From NCBI GenBank assembly GCA_044229845.1, contig JBGASG010000010.1, positions 64,001-128,000 on the forward strand: a stretch of 64,000 nucleotides of DNA. The letters run 5' to 3'. Below, piece after piece: positions 51,710 through 60,004 of the stretch (within the stretch, counting starts at the first letter, position 1; each line of letters begins with the position of its first letter). Under the pieces are notes generated by a model, which ran no database searches, had not been told where the DNA came from, and saw only the letters and a list, made by a program, of their open reading frames with translations. The DNA comes from Candidatus Obscuribacteraceae bacterium (GTDB taxonomy: Bacteria; Cyanobacteriota; Vampirovibrionia; Obscuribacterales; Obscuribacteraceae). A program made the translations under genes and the position numbers.

Positions 51710-52468
51710 ATGGCTAACACTGCGCACCAGTCCGGTGCGGAGGCGCAACTAGACGCGCCCGCAGCCGGCGGCGATAACAACGCCACCTTGAAATTGGACA
51801 TCAAAGAAATCATGTTACCAGCGCTGAACGATGCTTCGGTCCAGGCTTTCATGATGTCCGTCAACGACATGAAAAAAGGCGGATGCGGCTGCGCAATACC
51901 AAGCACCGACATCTACGATGTAAAAGATTGGACCAGAAGAGACATCGATTCGCAATTCGGGCTCGTACGTCGCGACGAAGGCTACTCTTTCGAGCGCATC
52001 AGGGGTGCCGACGGCAACACCTATGCACTCGACATGGACTACAGCCACGGCGGACCCGGCAGACCGACGGTGTACGAAAGGGACATCTACGGTCATAAAG
52101 TCGAAGTCACCGATCCCGATGTAATCAATGACATCGCGGCACGCGGAAACTACCTGGCAGTCATTGATGCCGCCCAAGATCGCATTGCGAAACTGGGCTG
52201 GACAGACGACCAGCGAAAGGACGCTCAACACATCCTCGATGCCGTCGGCGACAAAAATCCTGAGGCTCTGCAAACGGCTGTCATGCAATACCTATTGGAT
52301 GGCGGCGACTTCCAGAAACTCCTGGTTGGACTTGGCAGTCTGGCGAAGGTACAGGTCAAAGACCTGGACATGAACTGGAGGCACGGACCAGATCATGACA
52401 CCATGAGCATCACGTTCGCCGGTTCCGACCACAGCAACTTCGACTTCACCTGGCCACCAAAATCATAA
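51710..52468 (+). CDS. Unknown-family paralog 1 of tandem array
   Basis: AGGAG RBS then ATG 51710; VKDW..FG..ERIRGADGNTY..VYERD..G..VEVTDP. Confidence 0.8.
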   Translation: MANTAHQSGAEAQLDAPAAGGDNNATLKLDIKEIMLPALNDASVQAFMMSVNDMKKGGCGCAIPSTDIYDVKDWTRRDIDSQFGLVRRDEGYSFERIRGADGNTYALDMDYSHGGPGRPTVYERDIYGHKVEVTDPDVINDIAARGNYLAVIDAAQDRIAKLGWTDDQRKDAQHILDAVGDKNPEALQTAVMQYLLDGGDFQKLLVGLGSLAKVQVKDLDMNWRHGPDHDTMSITFAGSDHSNFDFTWPPKS

Positions 52469-52498
52469 CGGCAACTAGCACCTGGGGAGATCACATTC

Positions 52499-53308
52499 AT
52501 GAGCTACGACACGCACCATTCTGGTGCCCAGATTGACGCAGACACACAAGCGATCAGTTTAGCCGGCAGAGATGCAAGCGGCGACTCGCAGACATCTTCA
52601 TGGCAAGCCAACGCTTCCTTGTTGTCCTTCGATCGAGAAAGCATGCAAGTGGCTCTGGCATCTATCAAGGCGATGGAGAATCGCGAGAGCGGAGTTTCTG
52701 CCGTTACTCCTGGACAAGTTTTGATCACGGACCTGTCCTCGATCAAAGACTGGGAAAAGGTAGACGTGAAAGGACAGTTCGGCATCACGCGCACAAAAAC
52801 CGGCACCGGCGAGTCACTCCATATCGATAGAATTCCGGGACCGGACGGCAAAACCTACGCGCTGGAGTACACCAGAGAAGGTCAAGATGCCAAAGCCTCT
52901 TTCTTCGAAGTGGACGCCAACGGACAGCGCACGGCAGTGACAGATCCCGCACTGCTGCAAGAACTGAGCAAGCGAGCAACTTTGATCAACGTTGTCGACC
53001 TGTCAAAAGATCGCCTGTCGGCTCTGGCATTGACGCCAGAGCAAAAGTCCGCACTGGACTCAATAGCAAATGCAGTCAAAGCACGAGATAGTGCGGCCCT
53101 GAAAGACGCGATCGATGGCTTCCTCAAGAATGGTGGCACCAAGGAAACTCTCTTCATGGCGCTGCCCGCCGAACTGCAGGTAAAGACCGCCAATGCCATG
53201 GTCGCCGGCGGTCACAGCAAAGAGGGCGTCGATACGATCTCGCTCCTGGTATACAACGAAGCGAGCGGAACGTTCGACTTCAATTTCACTTACACCTTTC
53301 CAAAATGA
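52499..53308 (+). CDS. Unknown-family paralog 2
   Basis: GGAG RBS; IKDW..FG..DRIPGPDGKTY..FEVDANG..VTDP. Confidence 0.8.
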   Translation: MSYDTHHSGAQIDADTQAISLAGRDASGDSQTSSWQANASLLSFDRESMQVALASIKAMENRESGVSAVTPGQVLITDLSSIKDWEKVDVKGQFGITRTKTGTGESLHIDRIPGPDGKTYALEYTREGQDAKASFFEVDANGQRTAVTDPALLQELSKRATLINVVDLSKDRLSALALTPEQKSALDSIANAVKARDSAALKDAIDGFLKNGGTKETLFMALPAELQVKTANAMVAGGHSKEGVDTISLLVYNEASGTFDFNFTYTFPK

Positions 53309-53317
53309 GGCTTTCTT

Positions 53318-54058
53318 ATGAGCAACCAGTCACACCCGGAGAGTCCGGGTTTACCAGAAACAAAGTTGATCAAGCCGGAGCAAGCGCCGCCCGCGATCAG
53401 TGGTGGTGACCTCCTGGTGGTCGGCGACACCAATCAGATGAATGGCGTCCTGCAATGTTTCAGAGACATGGAGAGAAGACCCGGATTTCAGGGCAGCACG
53501 GCGGATCCTTTTCAAGTGGAGGACTGGTCGAATATCAATGCTGCCACCACATATGGAGTCGTAAACGATGGTGGCGGGTATTCGATAAATCAAATTCCGG
53601 GCATCGACGGAGAGACATACAGTTATCGTTTCAACCGGGTTATGGATGGCATCAGTCAACGCGTATACAAGCATGATGCTTTCGGCAACGACGTCGAAGT
53701 CACCGATCAGCGCGTGCTCATGGAAATATCCCGTAAGGCTAATTTGATTCACCGCGTCGATGCAAGCCAGCAGTTGCTCTCCACTAAAACCGACGAGCAA
53801 AAAGAGATGCTGGACAAGATGGTGACGGCAGTGAAGAACGACGACATGGCTCGAATCGTAAATCTGCTGACGCAATACGTGCAGGCCGGCTCATCGCTGA
53901 AAGACTGCGGCGACGCATTCGAAGCGGCCGCCACTATTCGCAACGCCGGTGCGTCCTTCGTCTTCCAGCCGAACACCGACTCGGCAACACTTACGATCAG
54001 GTACAAACGCGCAGACGGCGAGGAGAGAGAACTCGACGTCACAATGCCCAAGCAGTAA
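53318..54058 (+). CDS. Unknown-family paralog 3
   Basis: GAGG RBS; VEDW..YG..NQIPGIDGETY..VYKHDAFG..VEVTD. Confidence 0.8.
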   Translation: MSNQSHPESPGLPETKLIKPEQAPPAISGGDLLVVGDTNQMNGVLQCFRDMERRPGFQGSTADPFQVEDWSNINAATTYGVVNDGGGYSINQIPGIDGETYSYRFNRVMDGISQRVYKHDAFGNDVEVTDQRVLMEISRKANLIHRVDASQQLLSTKTDEQKEMLDKMVTAVKNDDMARIVNLLTQYVQAGSSLKDCGDAFEAAATIRNAGASFVFQPNTDSATLTIRYKRADGEERELDVTMPKQ

Positions 54059-54069
54059 GGAGAGACAAT

Positions 54070-54834
54070 ATGAGCGATGTAACACACCCGCTCGGTGTGG
54101 GCTCCCGCGCGGGCGATAACCCGACGCTCAGGCAACCTCTGGATGACACCAGAGAAACTAACCTGAATGTGTTCGACAAGCAAAGTATGACGGAGGCGCT
54201 GGCGGCCATTCGGGCGATGCAGCTTAAGGATGAACCGCTGTCGCCGATACCGGCCGGCACGGAAATTAAGGATGTGTTCGGCAAACACGACTGGGAAAAC
54301 ATCGATTTAGGGAAAGAATTCGGATTTACCAAGACCGAAGACAAACTGGCGATCGAGAAAATTCCCGGCGATGACGGCAAAACCTACAGCATGGAACTCG
54401 ACAGTAAAGACGGTCGGCTAACCGTCTGGGAGGTCGATGCTCAGGGCAACAAGAAGAATGTTGAAGATCCGCTGATCATCTTAGAGATTCTGCAGAAAGC
54501 AAAATATCTCGAAGCCATCCATGACGGAAAACAGTTTCTCGATAGTTTGAACTTAATGCCTGAACAAAAGGGCGCGCTCGATGACGTGATAAATGGCATC
54601 AAGGACAAAGATCCGCAGGCCGTAAAAGATGCTGTTGATGCTTACCTGAAGGCAGGCGGTGACCCGTCCAGTCTGTTCCACGCGCTGGGCACCCTTCTCA
54701 TGCTCCGTCAGGTGGAGGGCATCATTGTGGGCATTCACAAAGTGGACGGCGGCGACAGCATCATGATTGGCTTCGGCAAAGGATCCGACAAGCCGGACGT
54801 GATCATCGACCTGCCGAAACAGATAAAGGCATGA
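54070..54834 (+). CDS. Unknown-family paralog 4
   Basis: AAGGAG RBS; KHDW..FG..EKIPGDDGKTY..VWEVDAQG..VEDP. Confidence 0.8.
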   Translation: MSDVTHPLGVGSRAGDNPTLRQPLDDTRETNLNVFDKQSMTEALAAIRAMQLKDEPLSPIPAGTEIKDVFGKHDWENIDLGKEFGFTKTEDKLAIEKIPGDDGKTYSMELDSKDGRLTVWEVDAQGNKKNVEDPLIILEILQKAKYLEAIHDGKQFLDSLNLMPEQKGALDDVINGIKDKDPQAVKDAVDAYLKAGGDPSSLFHALGTLLMLRQVEGIIVGIHKVDGGDSIMIGFGKGSDKPDVIIDLPKQIKA

Positions 54835-54853
54835 AACACAGGAAGGTGACACC

Positions 54854-55639
54854 ATGAGTCAACTCGAACATTCGCGTACAACCGGCGACCAGGGAGCGCA
54901 CCAATATCCGCCCCCGGAGGCGCTTGGCGAGCAGGAGCGGCACCCTGGCTTCAACCCGGATGAGATCCTCAACGTTACCAATCAACAACAGCTAAGTGAT
55001 GCGCTGAGCGCCATTCGCGCCATGACGGGCTCGACAGAAGCAAGCAACTCCAAGAAGTTACCTGACCCTTTCGCTATAGAGGACTGGAGCGGAATCGATG
55101 CCAAATCGCTATATGGAGTGACTGAGACTGAGAATGGTTGGAAGATTGATAGAGTCCCTGGACTGAACGGCAAAGCATACTCCGTCGTCTTCGAACGAGA
55201 CGAAGGCGGAACCGGCTTTACCGAACGCGTGTATCAAGTCGGTGCCGACGGCGAACTAAAGGAAGTGACGACGCCATACATCGCGGTGCCGGCGATGCGG
55301 ACAGCAGATTTGATTCATCGTGTCTCTGAAAGCCAGGCGGTGCTTGCCAATCCAGAAATCAACGAAGCACAGCACCAGATTCTCGATTCTCTCGTTCAGC
55401 ACATCAGCGAGGGGAATGACGACATGGACCAGCTCGTCAAAGACTACCTGGAAGAAGGCGGCACATTCAAAGAGTTTGTTGAAGCGCTGAAGGCCGCGGC
55501 CGTAGTTAAGGGACTCGACGATGCGGTCATCGAATACAAGCCGAATGTGGACTACGCGCAGGAACTCCGGGTGACGTTTCCACTGCAAGACGAAGTCGGT
55601 TACACCTATCGCTTCGACCCGGTGAGCAAGCCGCTTTAG
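54854..55639 (+). CDS. Unknown-family paralog 5
   Basis: GGAAGG RBS; IEDW..YG..DRVPGLNGKAY..VYQVGADG..EVTTP. Confidence 0.8.
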   Translation: MSQLEHSRTTGDQGAHQYPPPEALGEQERHPGFNPDEILNVTNQQQLSDALSAIRAMTGSTEASNSKKLPDPFAIEDWSGIDAKSLYGVTETENGWKIDRVPGLNGKAYSVVFERDEGGTGFTERVYQVGADGELKEVTTPYIAVPAMRTADLIHRVSESQAVLANPEINEAQHQILDSLVQHISEGNDDMDQLVKDYLEEGGTFKEFVEALKAAAVVKGLDDAVIEYKPNVDYAQELRVTFPLQDEVGYTYRFDPVSKPL

Positions 55640-57372
55640 CGTGACAGAGCCTGATTGACTTCGCCCAGTTCTTTTTCAGCCATCTTCGCCTCGGAAGACG
55701 ACTCGCCATAACGACGTTTCTTCTCAAAAACAACCCACTCGAGCGCTGACTTGGCTGCCTGATAGTCACCGAGTTTGTAATACACACGACCCAGCGATTG
55801 CAAACTATCGCAGTAGCGCGGGTCGGCGTTGCCGAAGCGCCCGGCGACTTCATGCGCTGATTTGAAGTAAGAACGGGCTTGATACAGGTCGCCCATCTTC
55901 TGCGCACGTTGCGCGGCTTGCATGTACTGGGTGTAGTAATCCCCCAGTGAATACTGGCGTACGGGCTGTGCGGCTTGTTGATATCGCTGTGCGTATTGCT
56001 GCTGAGTAGCAGGTTGCGCATACTGCTGTGTGGCAACCGGCTGAGGTACGGCTTGTTGAGAAACAGGTTGTTCAACCGGCGGCGGTTGCATAGCCACTGG
56101 TTGCGGCTGGAATGCCGGCTGTTGCGCAACCGGTTGGAGGGCTGTCGGGGAAGTTCGCGCGGCAGTCGACCGCGTGACCGGTTTCAACTCATCATCAGCC
56201 TCGGGGCGCGCTGCCGGATGCATCATCTGGAAGGCGAAAACAAAGATTGCCACCACACCGCAGGCGGCCAGTCCCAGCACCGCTGGATGCACATGCCCGA
56301 AAGTCTTCTGGACTTGATCGATCTGCTCGTGCACCTGAGCAGCTACATTGGCTGGTATCGGAATTGAGAGGGTGACATGGTGCCCGGCACGAATTGCTTC
56401 CAGGGCTTTCTGCAATTCGTCCATGGTTTGAAAACGATCATCCGGAGACTTGGCCATGCATTTGCGGACCACATCTTCCAGACCACGCGGGAAAGTAATC
56501 TCCGGAACAGCCTCGATAAACGAGGGAATGTCTCCGTGCACCTGCTGGTACATGCATTCAATTGGGCTGCCGCCGCTGAAAGGCGTACGTCCCGTGAGCG
56601 AGAAGTACATGACGCAACCCAGCGAGTAGACGTCTGAACGCACATCCTGTGGTTTGGCGCCGCACTGCTCAGGACTCATGTATTGCGGGCTGCCGAATAT
56701 CTCGCCTGTGGCGGTGAGTTTGGCGGCGTCGCCCAGTTCGGTTTCGTCCAGTTTGGCAATTCCGAAGTCGACGATCTTGACGAAATCGGGATTGCCGTCG
56801 TAATCGCAGATCATAATATTGGCCGGCTTGATGTCGCGGTGGATGACACCGCGTGCATGGGCATGCGCCAGTCCGGCCGCGGCGGCAATGAACATCGGCA
56901 CCGCCCGCGATGCCAAAATCGGGTGACCTTTTTTGACCATGTGGTCGAGGTTGGTGCCCTCGATGTAATCCATGACCAGATATGGCTGACCGCCCTCCAC
57001 ACCGACATCGGAAACGCGCAGAATATTCGGGTGGTCCAACAAGCTGAGGGCATTGGCTTCCTGCAGCAAGCGCTTCATCGCCGCTTTGCTGGTGATCAAA
57101 GTAGGCAATATGGTCTTGATGGCGACAACGCGATTCATCAATGTATGGCGCGCTTTGTAAATGCGCCCCATGCCACCATCAGTAATGGCTTCGGTGATCT
57201 CGTACTTGCCCCCGATGATCATGTCGGGTTTCCAGGGTTCCTGCAGCTCAACCAGCGTCGACTGATCGAACGGGCACGTGCGCTCGCCTTCCTCGTACTC
57301 CTCGTCGCAGATCAAACAGACCATGCGCTTGGGCACGTGCATCCTCAATGAATCGATGCTGTGTTCGCTCAT
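55636..57372 (-). CDS. Hanks-type Ser/Thr kinase with N-terminal Zn ribbon, TM helix, Gln-rich linker and C-terminal TPR
   Basis: CLIC/CPFD, VAIK, HRDIKPANI, DFG, GSPQYMSPEQ, DVYSLG; TM; TPR-like SLGRVYYKLGDY. Confidence 0.92.
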   Translation of the reverse strand: MSEHSIDSLRMHVPKRMVCLICDEEYEEGERTCPFDQSTLVELQEPWKPDMIIGGKYEITEAITDGGMGRIYKARHTLMNRVVAIKTILPTLITSKAAMKRLLQEANALSLLDHPNILRVSDVGVEGGQPYLVMDYIEGTNLDHMVKKGHPILASRAVPMFIAAAAGLAHAHARGVIHRDIKPANIMICDYDGNPDFVKIVDFGIAKLDETELGDAAKLTATGEIFGSPQYMSPEQCGAKPQDVRSDVYSLGCVMYFSLTGRTPFSGGSPIECMYQQVHGDIPSFIEAVPEITFPRGLEDVVRKCMAKSPDDRFQTMDELQKALEAIRAGHHVTLSIPIPANVAAQVHEQIDQVQKTFGHVHPAVLGLAACGVVAIFVFAFQMMHPAARPEADDELKPVTRSTAARTSPTALQPVAQQPAFQPQPVAMQPPPVEQPVSQQAVPQPVATQQYAQPATQQQYAQRYQQAAQPVRQYSLGDYYTQYMQAAQRAQKMGDLYQARSYFKSAHEVAGRFGNADPRYCDSLQSLGRVYYKLGDYQAAKSALEWVVFEKKRRYGESSSEAKMAEKELGEVNQALSR

Positions 57373-58763
57373 TCGTCCTCTAAGATCTCCGCTTTCACGC
57401 GGCCGTCCTTCACGGCTTTGAGCAGTGCTTCATGGTCCCGCTCAGTTTGATCGGCATACTGCACAGCCCACGAACCGAGCGCTTTATCGAACGTATCCCC
57501 ATCCCCGAGGTAGCCGGCGATAGTAGCCGCGTCTCCGCTGCGAGCGTGTGCCTTGGCCAACACCTCTCCGAAAAGAGTGCCCATCTTGATCAAGTGCGAG
57601 GCTTCCCAGGTGTCGGTGGTCAGTTTGACTTTGGTATCGCGCAGTTGCCTGACATAGAAATGCACGCCCTGCTTGCCCTGGAACCAGCCCAGGAAGATAT
57701 CGCTGGCTGATTGCACAACACGCTGTCCGGTGACGACACGCTGCCCATGGTTTTCGAACTCACTCTTTCCCGTGTACTTTTCCAGCACCGAGTTGTTGGC
57801 TTGTTTGACTTGCAAGAAGAGCGGCTCGCCATCAGGTGACATCATCAAGATGATGTAGCAACGAGTGCCGACACTGCCAATCCCGACTACCTTAATGGCC
57901 GCATCGATAAGTTTGTAGCGCTCGAACAGATGGCGCTTGTCGTCTTGCAAGGATTCTTTGTAGGCGTTCAAACCCCAGACTGCACGCTCCATAAAATCAG
58001 GATCGTTATCCGGATGGTAGATCAAGGGCGGGTTGTCTTTGATCTTCGAAAGCCCCCCGGCATCGCTTTCGGTCAGCTTAGGAAACATGCGCCAGCTGGT
58101 CTTCTTAACAGCTTTCTTCAGGTCGTCCTGCAGGTTTTTCTTGAGGGCGGCGCAAGTCACGTTGTTGACTGTTTCTTCCCAGTCGAGCTTGTAGTACCAG
58201 ATGTCCAGAATCGCCAGCGATGACAGCTCCGACATCTTCATGCGATAAGCACGCGCCACCTGTTCAGCAGCGGCAAGCGCATCGCGTTTCTTCAGACCGT
58301 TCTCGCGTGCGATCAGGACTACGCTCACGGCCAGGCGTTTGAGATCCCACTCCCAGGGACCGGGCAGTGTTTCGTCAAAGTCGTTGAGGTCGAAAACAAT
58401 GTTTCTCTCCGGCGTGGCGAACGCACCGAAATTGAGCGAGTGACAGTCTCCGCAGAGTTGCACCTTCACGCGGCTGATCGGAGTTGTCGAAAGGTCGCTG
58501 GCCATGACCGCCGCCGCCCCACGAAAGAAAGTATGGGGAGACTTGAGCATTCGTCCATAGCGAATCGGCACCAGCTCCGGAAGGCGGCCTTCATCTTGAG
58601 CCAGCAAGATGTCGATCGGGTCCGGACGTTTGTCCGCCGGCTCCCAATTGCAATGCTTTTCATGAGGCACGGCGCCAGCCAGAACTTTGCCGCGCGCCCG
58701 CCGGTCGTCACGGGGCGTCACCGTCGCGTCGTGCAGTATTGCCATCTTCTCTTCTTTAGCCAC
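57369..58763 (-). CDS. DUF2252 family protein (kinase-like fold)
   Basis: LVPIRYGRM..SP..FFRG, CGDCHSLNFG, FDLNDFDE, PWEWDLKRL, KVVGIGSVGTR; ATGA overlap with the kinase. Confidence 0.88.
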   Translation of the reverse strand: MAKEEKMAILHDATVTPRDDRRARGKVLAGAVPHEKHCNWEPADKRPDPIDILLAQDEGRLPELVPIRYGRMLKSPHTFFRGAAAVMASDLSTTPISRVKVQLCGDCHSLNFGAFATPERNIVFDLNDFDETLPGPWEWDLKRLAVSVVLIARENGLKKRDALAAAEQVARAYRMKMSELSSLAILDIWYYKLDWEETVNNVTCAALKKNLQDDLKKAVKKTSWRMFPKLTESDAGGLSKIKDNPPLIYHPDNDPDFMERAVWGLNAYKESLQDDKRHLFERYKLIDAAIKVVGIGSVGTRCYIILMMSPDGEPLFLQVKQANNSVLEKYTGKSEFENHGQRVVTGQRVVQSASDIFLGWFQGKQGVHFYVRQLRDTKVKLTTDTWEASHLIKMGTLFGEVLAKAHARSGDAATIAGYLGDGDTFDKALGSWAVQYADQTERDHEALLKAVKDGRVKAEILEDE

Positions 58764-58906
58764 GGTTCTAACCTACCCCGCCTTATAGCTCAACCATTTA
58801 GATCAATATATGGACAAATAGGATATGCCCGCCAATACGGGAAGCGGCACAAGATTTTTTCCTCTTTTGCGGAGGAATTTCAATCCCTGGCATGTCAGTC
58901 AAGGGG

Positions 58907-59890
58907 TCAGTGCGGTCTACTGTTAGCGTCGGCAAGACCGGCTCTGACAGGCACGATGTCGAGAACAGTAATCTCTGGAGGAGCCATGAAACGCACGCGT
59001 GGCGAGCCTCCTTCCATGCCGATACCCCGGTTGACGTAAAGTCGCATGCCGCCTACCTGATACAAACCGGCTTCATATTTCTTGCCCGTCCTCGACCGCG
59101 TGATGATGGCGCCATAGCCGGGCAAAGCCACCTGTCCGCCATGGGTGTGTCCGGCACAGAACAAATCGACCTTGCGGTCGGTGATTCTCGATACTTCCGC
59201 CGGGAAGTGATGCAGAAAAACATTGAACGTGTCGGCGGAAACGCCCTTGAAAGCTCGTTCCAGCTTCCACTCTTCGTCCACCCCCACACCAATAATGGCT
59301 ATATCTGCGCCTTCCACGTTGATATGAGCGTTCTCGGCATGCAAAACCTTCACTCCGGTGCCTTCATAGAGATCCAGGCGGGTCCACGTGCGGCTGTCGT
59401 GATTGCCGAAAACGGCGTAGGTTGGAGCGATTGCCGCCAGTTGTTTCAAACAGGTCTTGAAGATGCCCACTCCGGCAGGGGCATTGACTGCATCTCCGGT
59501 GAAAACAATGATGTCCGGCTTGAGCGCCGCCACGCGGGCTGGCAATTCCGGCTCCAGCCGCGGCTGCGGATCGCTGTGCATATCGGATAGATGCACGATG
59601 CGAATCGGATGCGCGTCCGCCTTCAGCTTGGCGGTCGGGATTTGCACTTCGGTCACCGTCAGGGTGTAAGGCTCGACGAAGAACCCATAGGCAATGCAGA
59701 GCGAGCCGACGGCACTCAGAGCAAGGGCCACTTTGTCGGGCAGGCTGACTGGTTTCTTGCCGCGATTGGCAATCAGCCGCACCAGAGCGCAGCACCCCGC
59801 CAAATAGACGAACGCCATCACTGCGATACACACTGCAAGCGCAGTGCACTCATCTAGACATAGCTTTCCAGCGACGTGCTCTAACTTCAT
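58907..59890 (-). CDS. Membrane-anchored metallophosphoesterase (YkuE/YaeI-like)
   Basis: SDMH, TGD, GNHD, GHTHGGQ; two N-terminal TMs. Confidence 0.9.
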   Translation of the reverse strand: MKLEHVAGKLCLDECTALAVCIAVMAFVYLAGCCALVRLIANRGKKPVSLPDKVALALSAVGSLCIAYGFFVEPYTLTVTEVQIPTAKLKADAHPIRIVHLSDMHSDPQPRLEPELPARVAALKPDIIVFTGDAVNAPAGVGIFKTCLKQLAAIAPTYAVFGNHDSRTWTRLDLYEGTGVKVLHAENAHINVEGADIAIIGVGVDEEWKLERAFKGVSADTFNVFLHHFPAEVSRITDRKVDLFCAGHTHGGQVALPGYGAIITRSRTGKKYEAGLYQVGGMRLYVNRGIGMEGGSPRVRFMAPPEITVLDIVPVRAGLADANSRPH

Positions 59891-60004
59891 CTATGCACCG
59901 AGTGATTCAAGAAACTGTGCGGTGCACCGTTTCAAAGCAATCATAGCCGGTCAGTGTAAAGTCCGGGTTAGAAACGCCGAAGCTGGACGAAACCGGCTAG
60001 GAGC

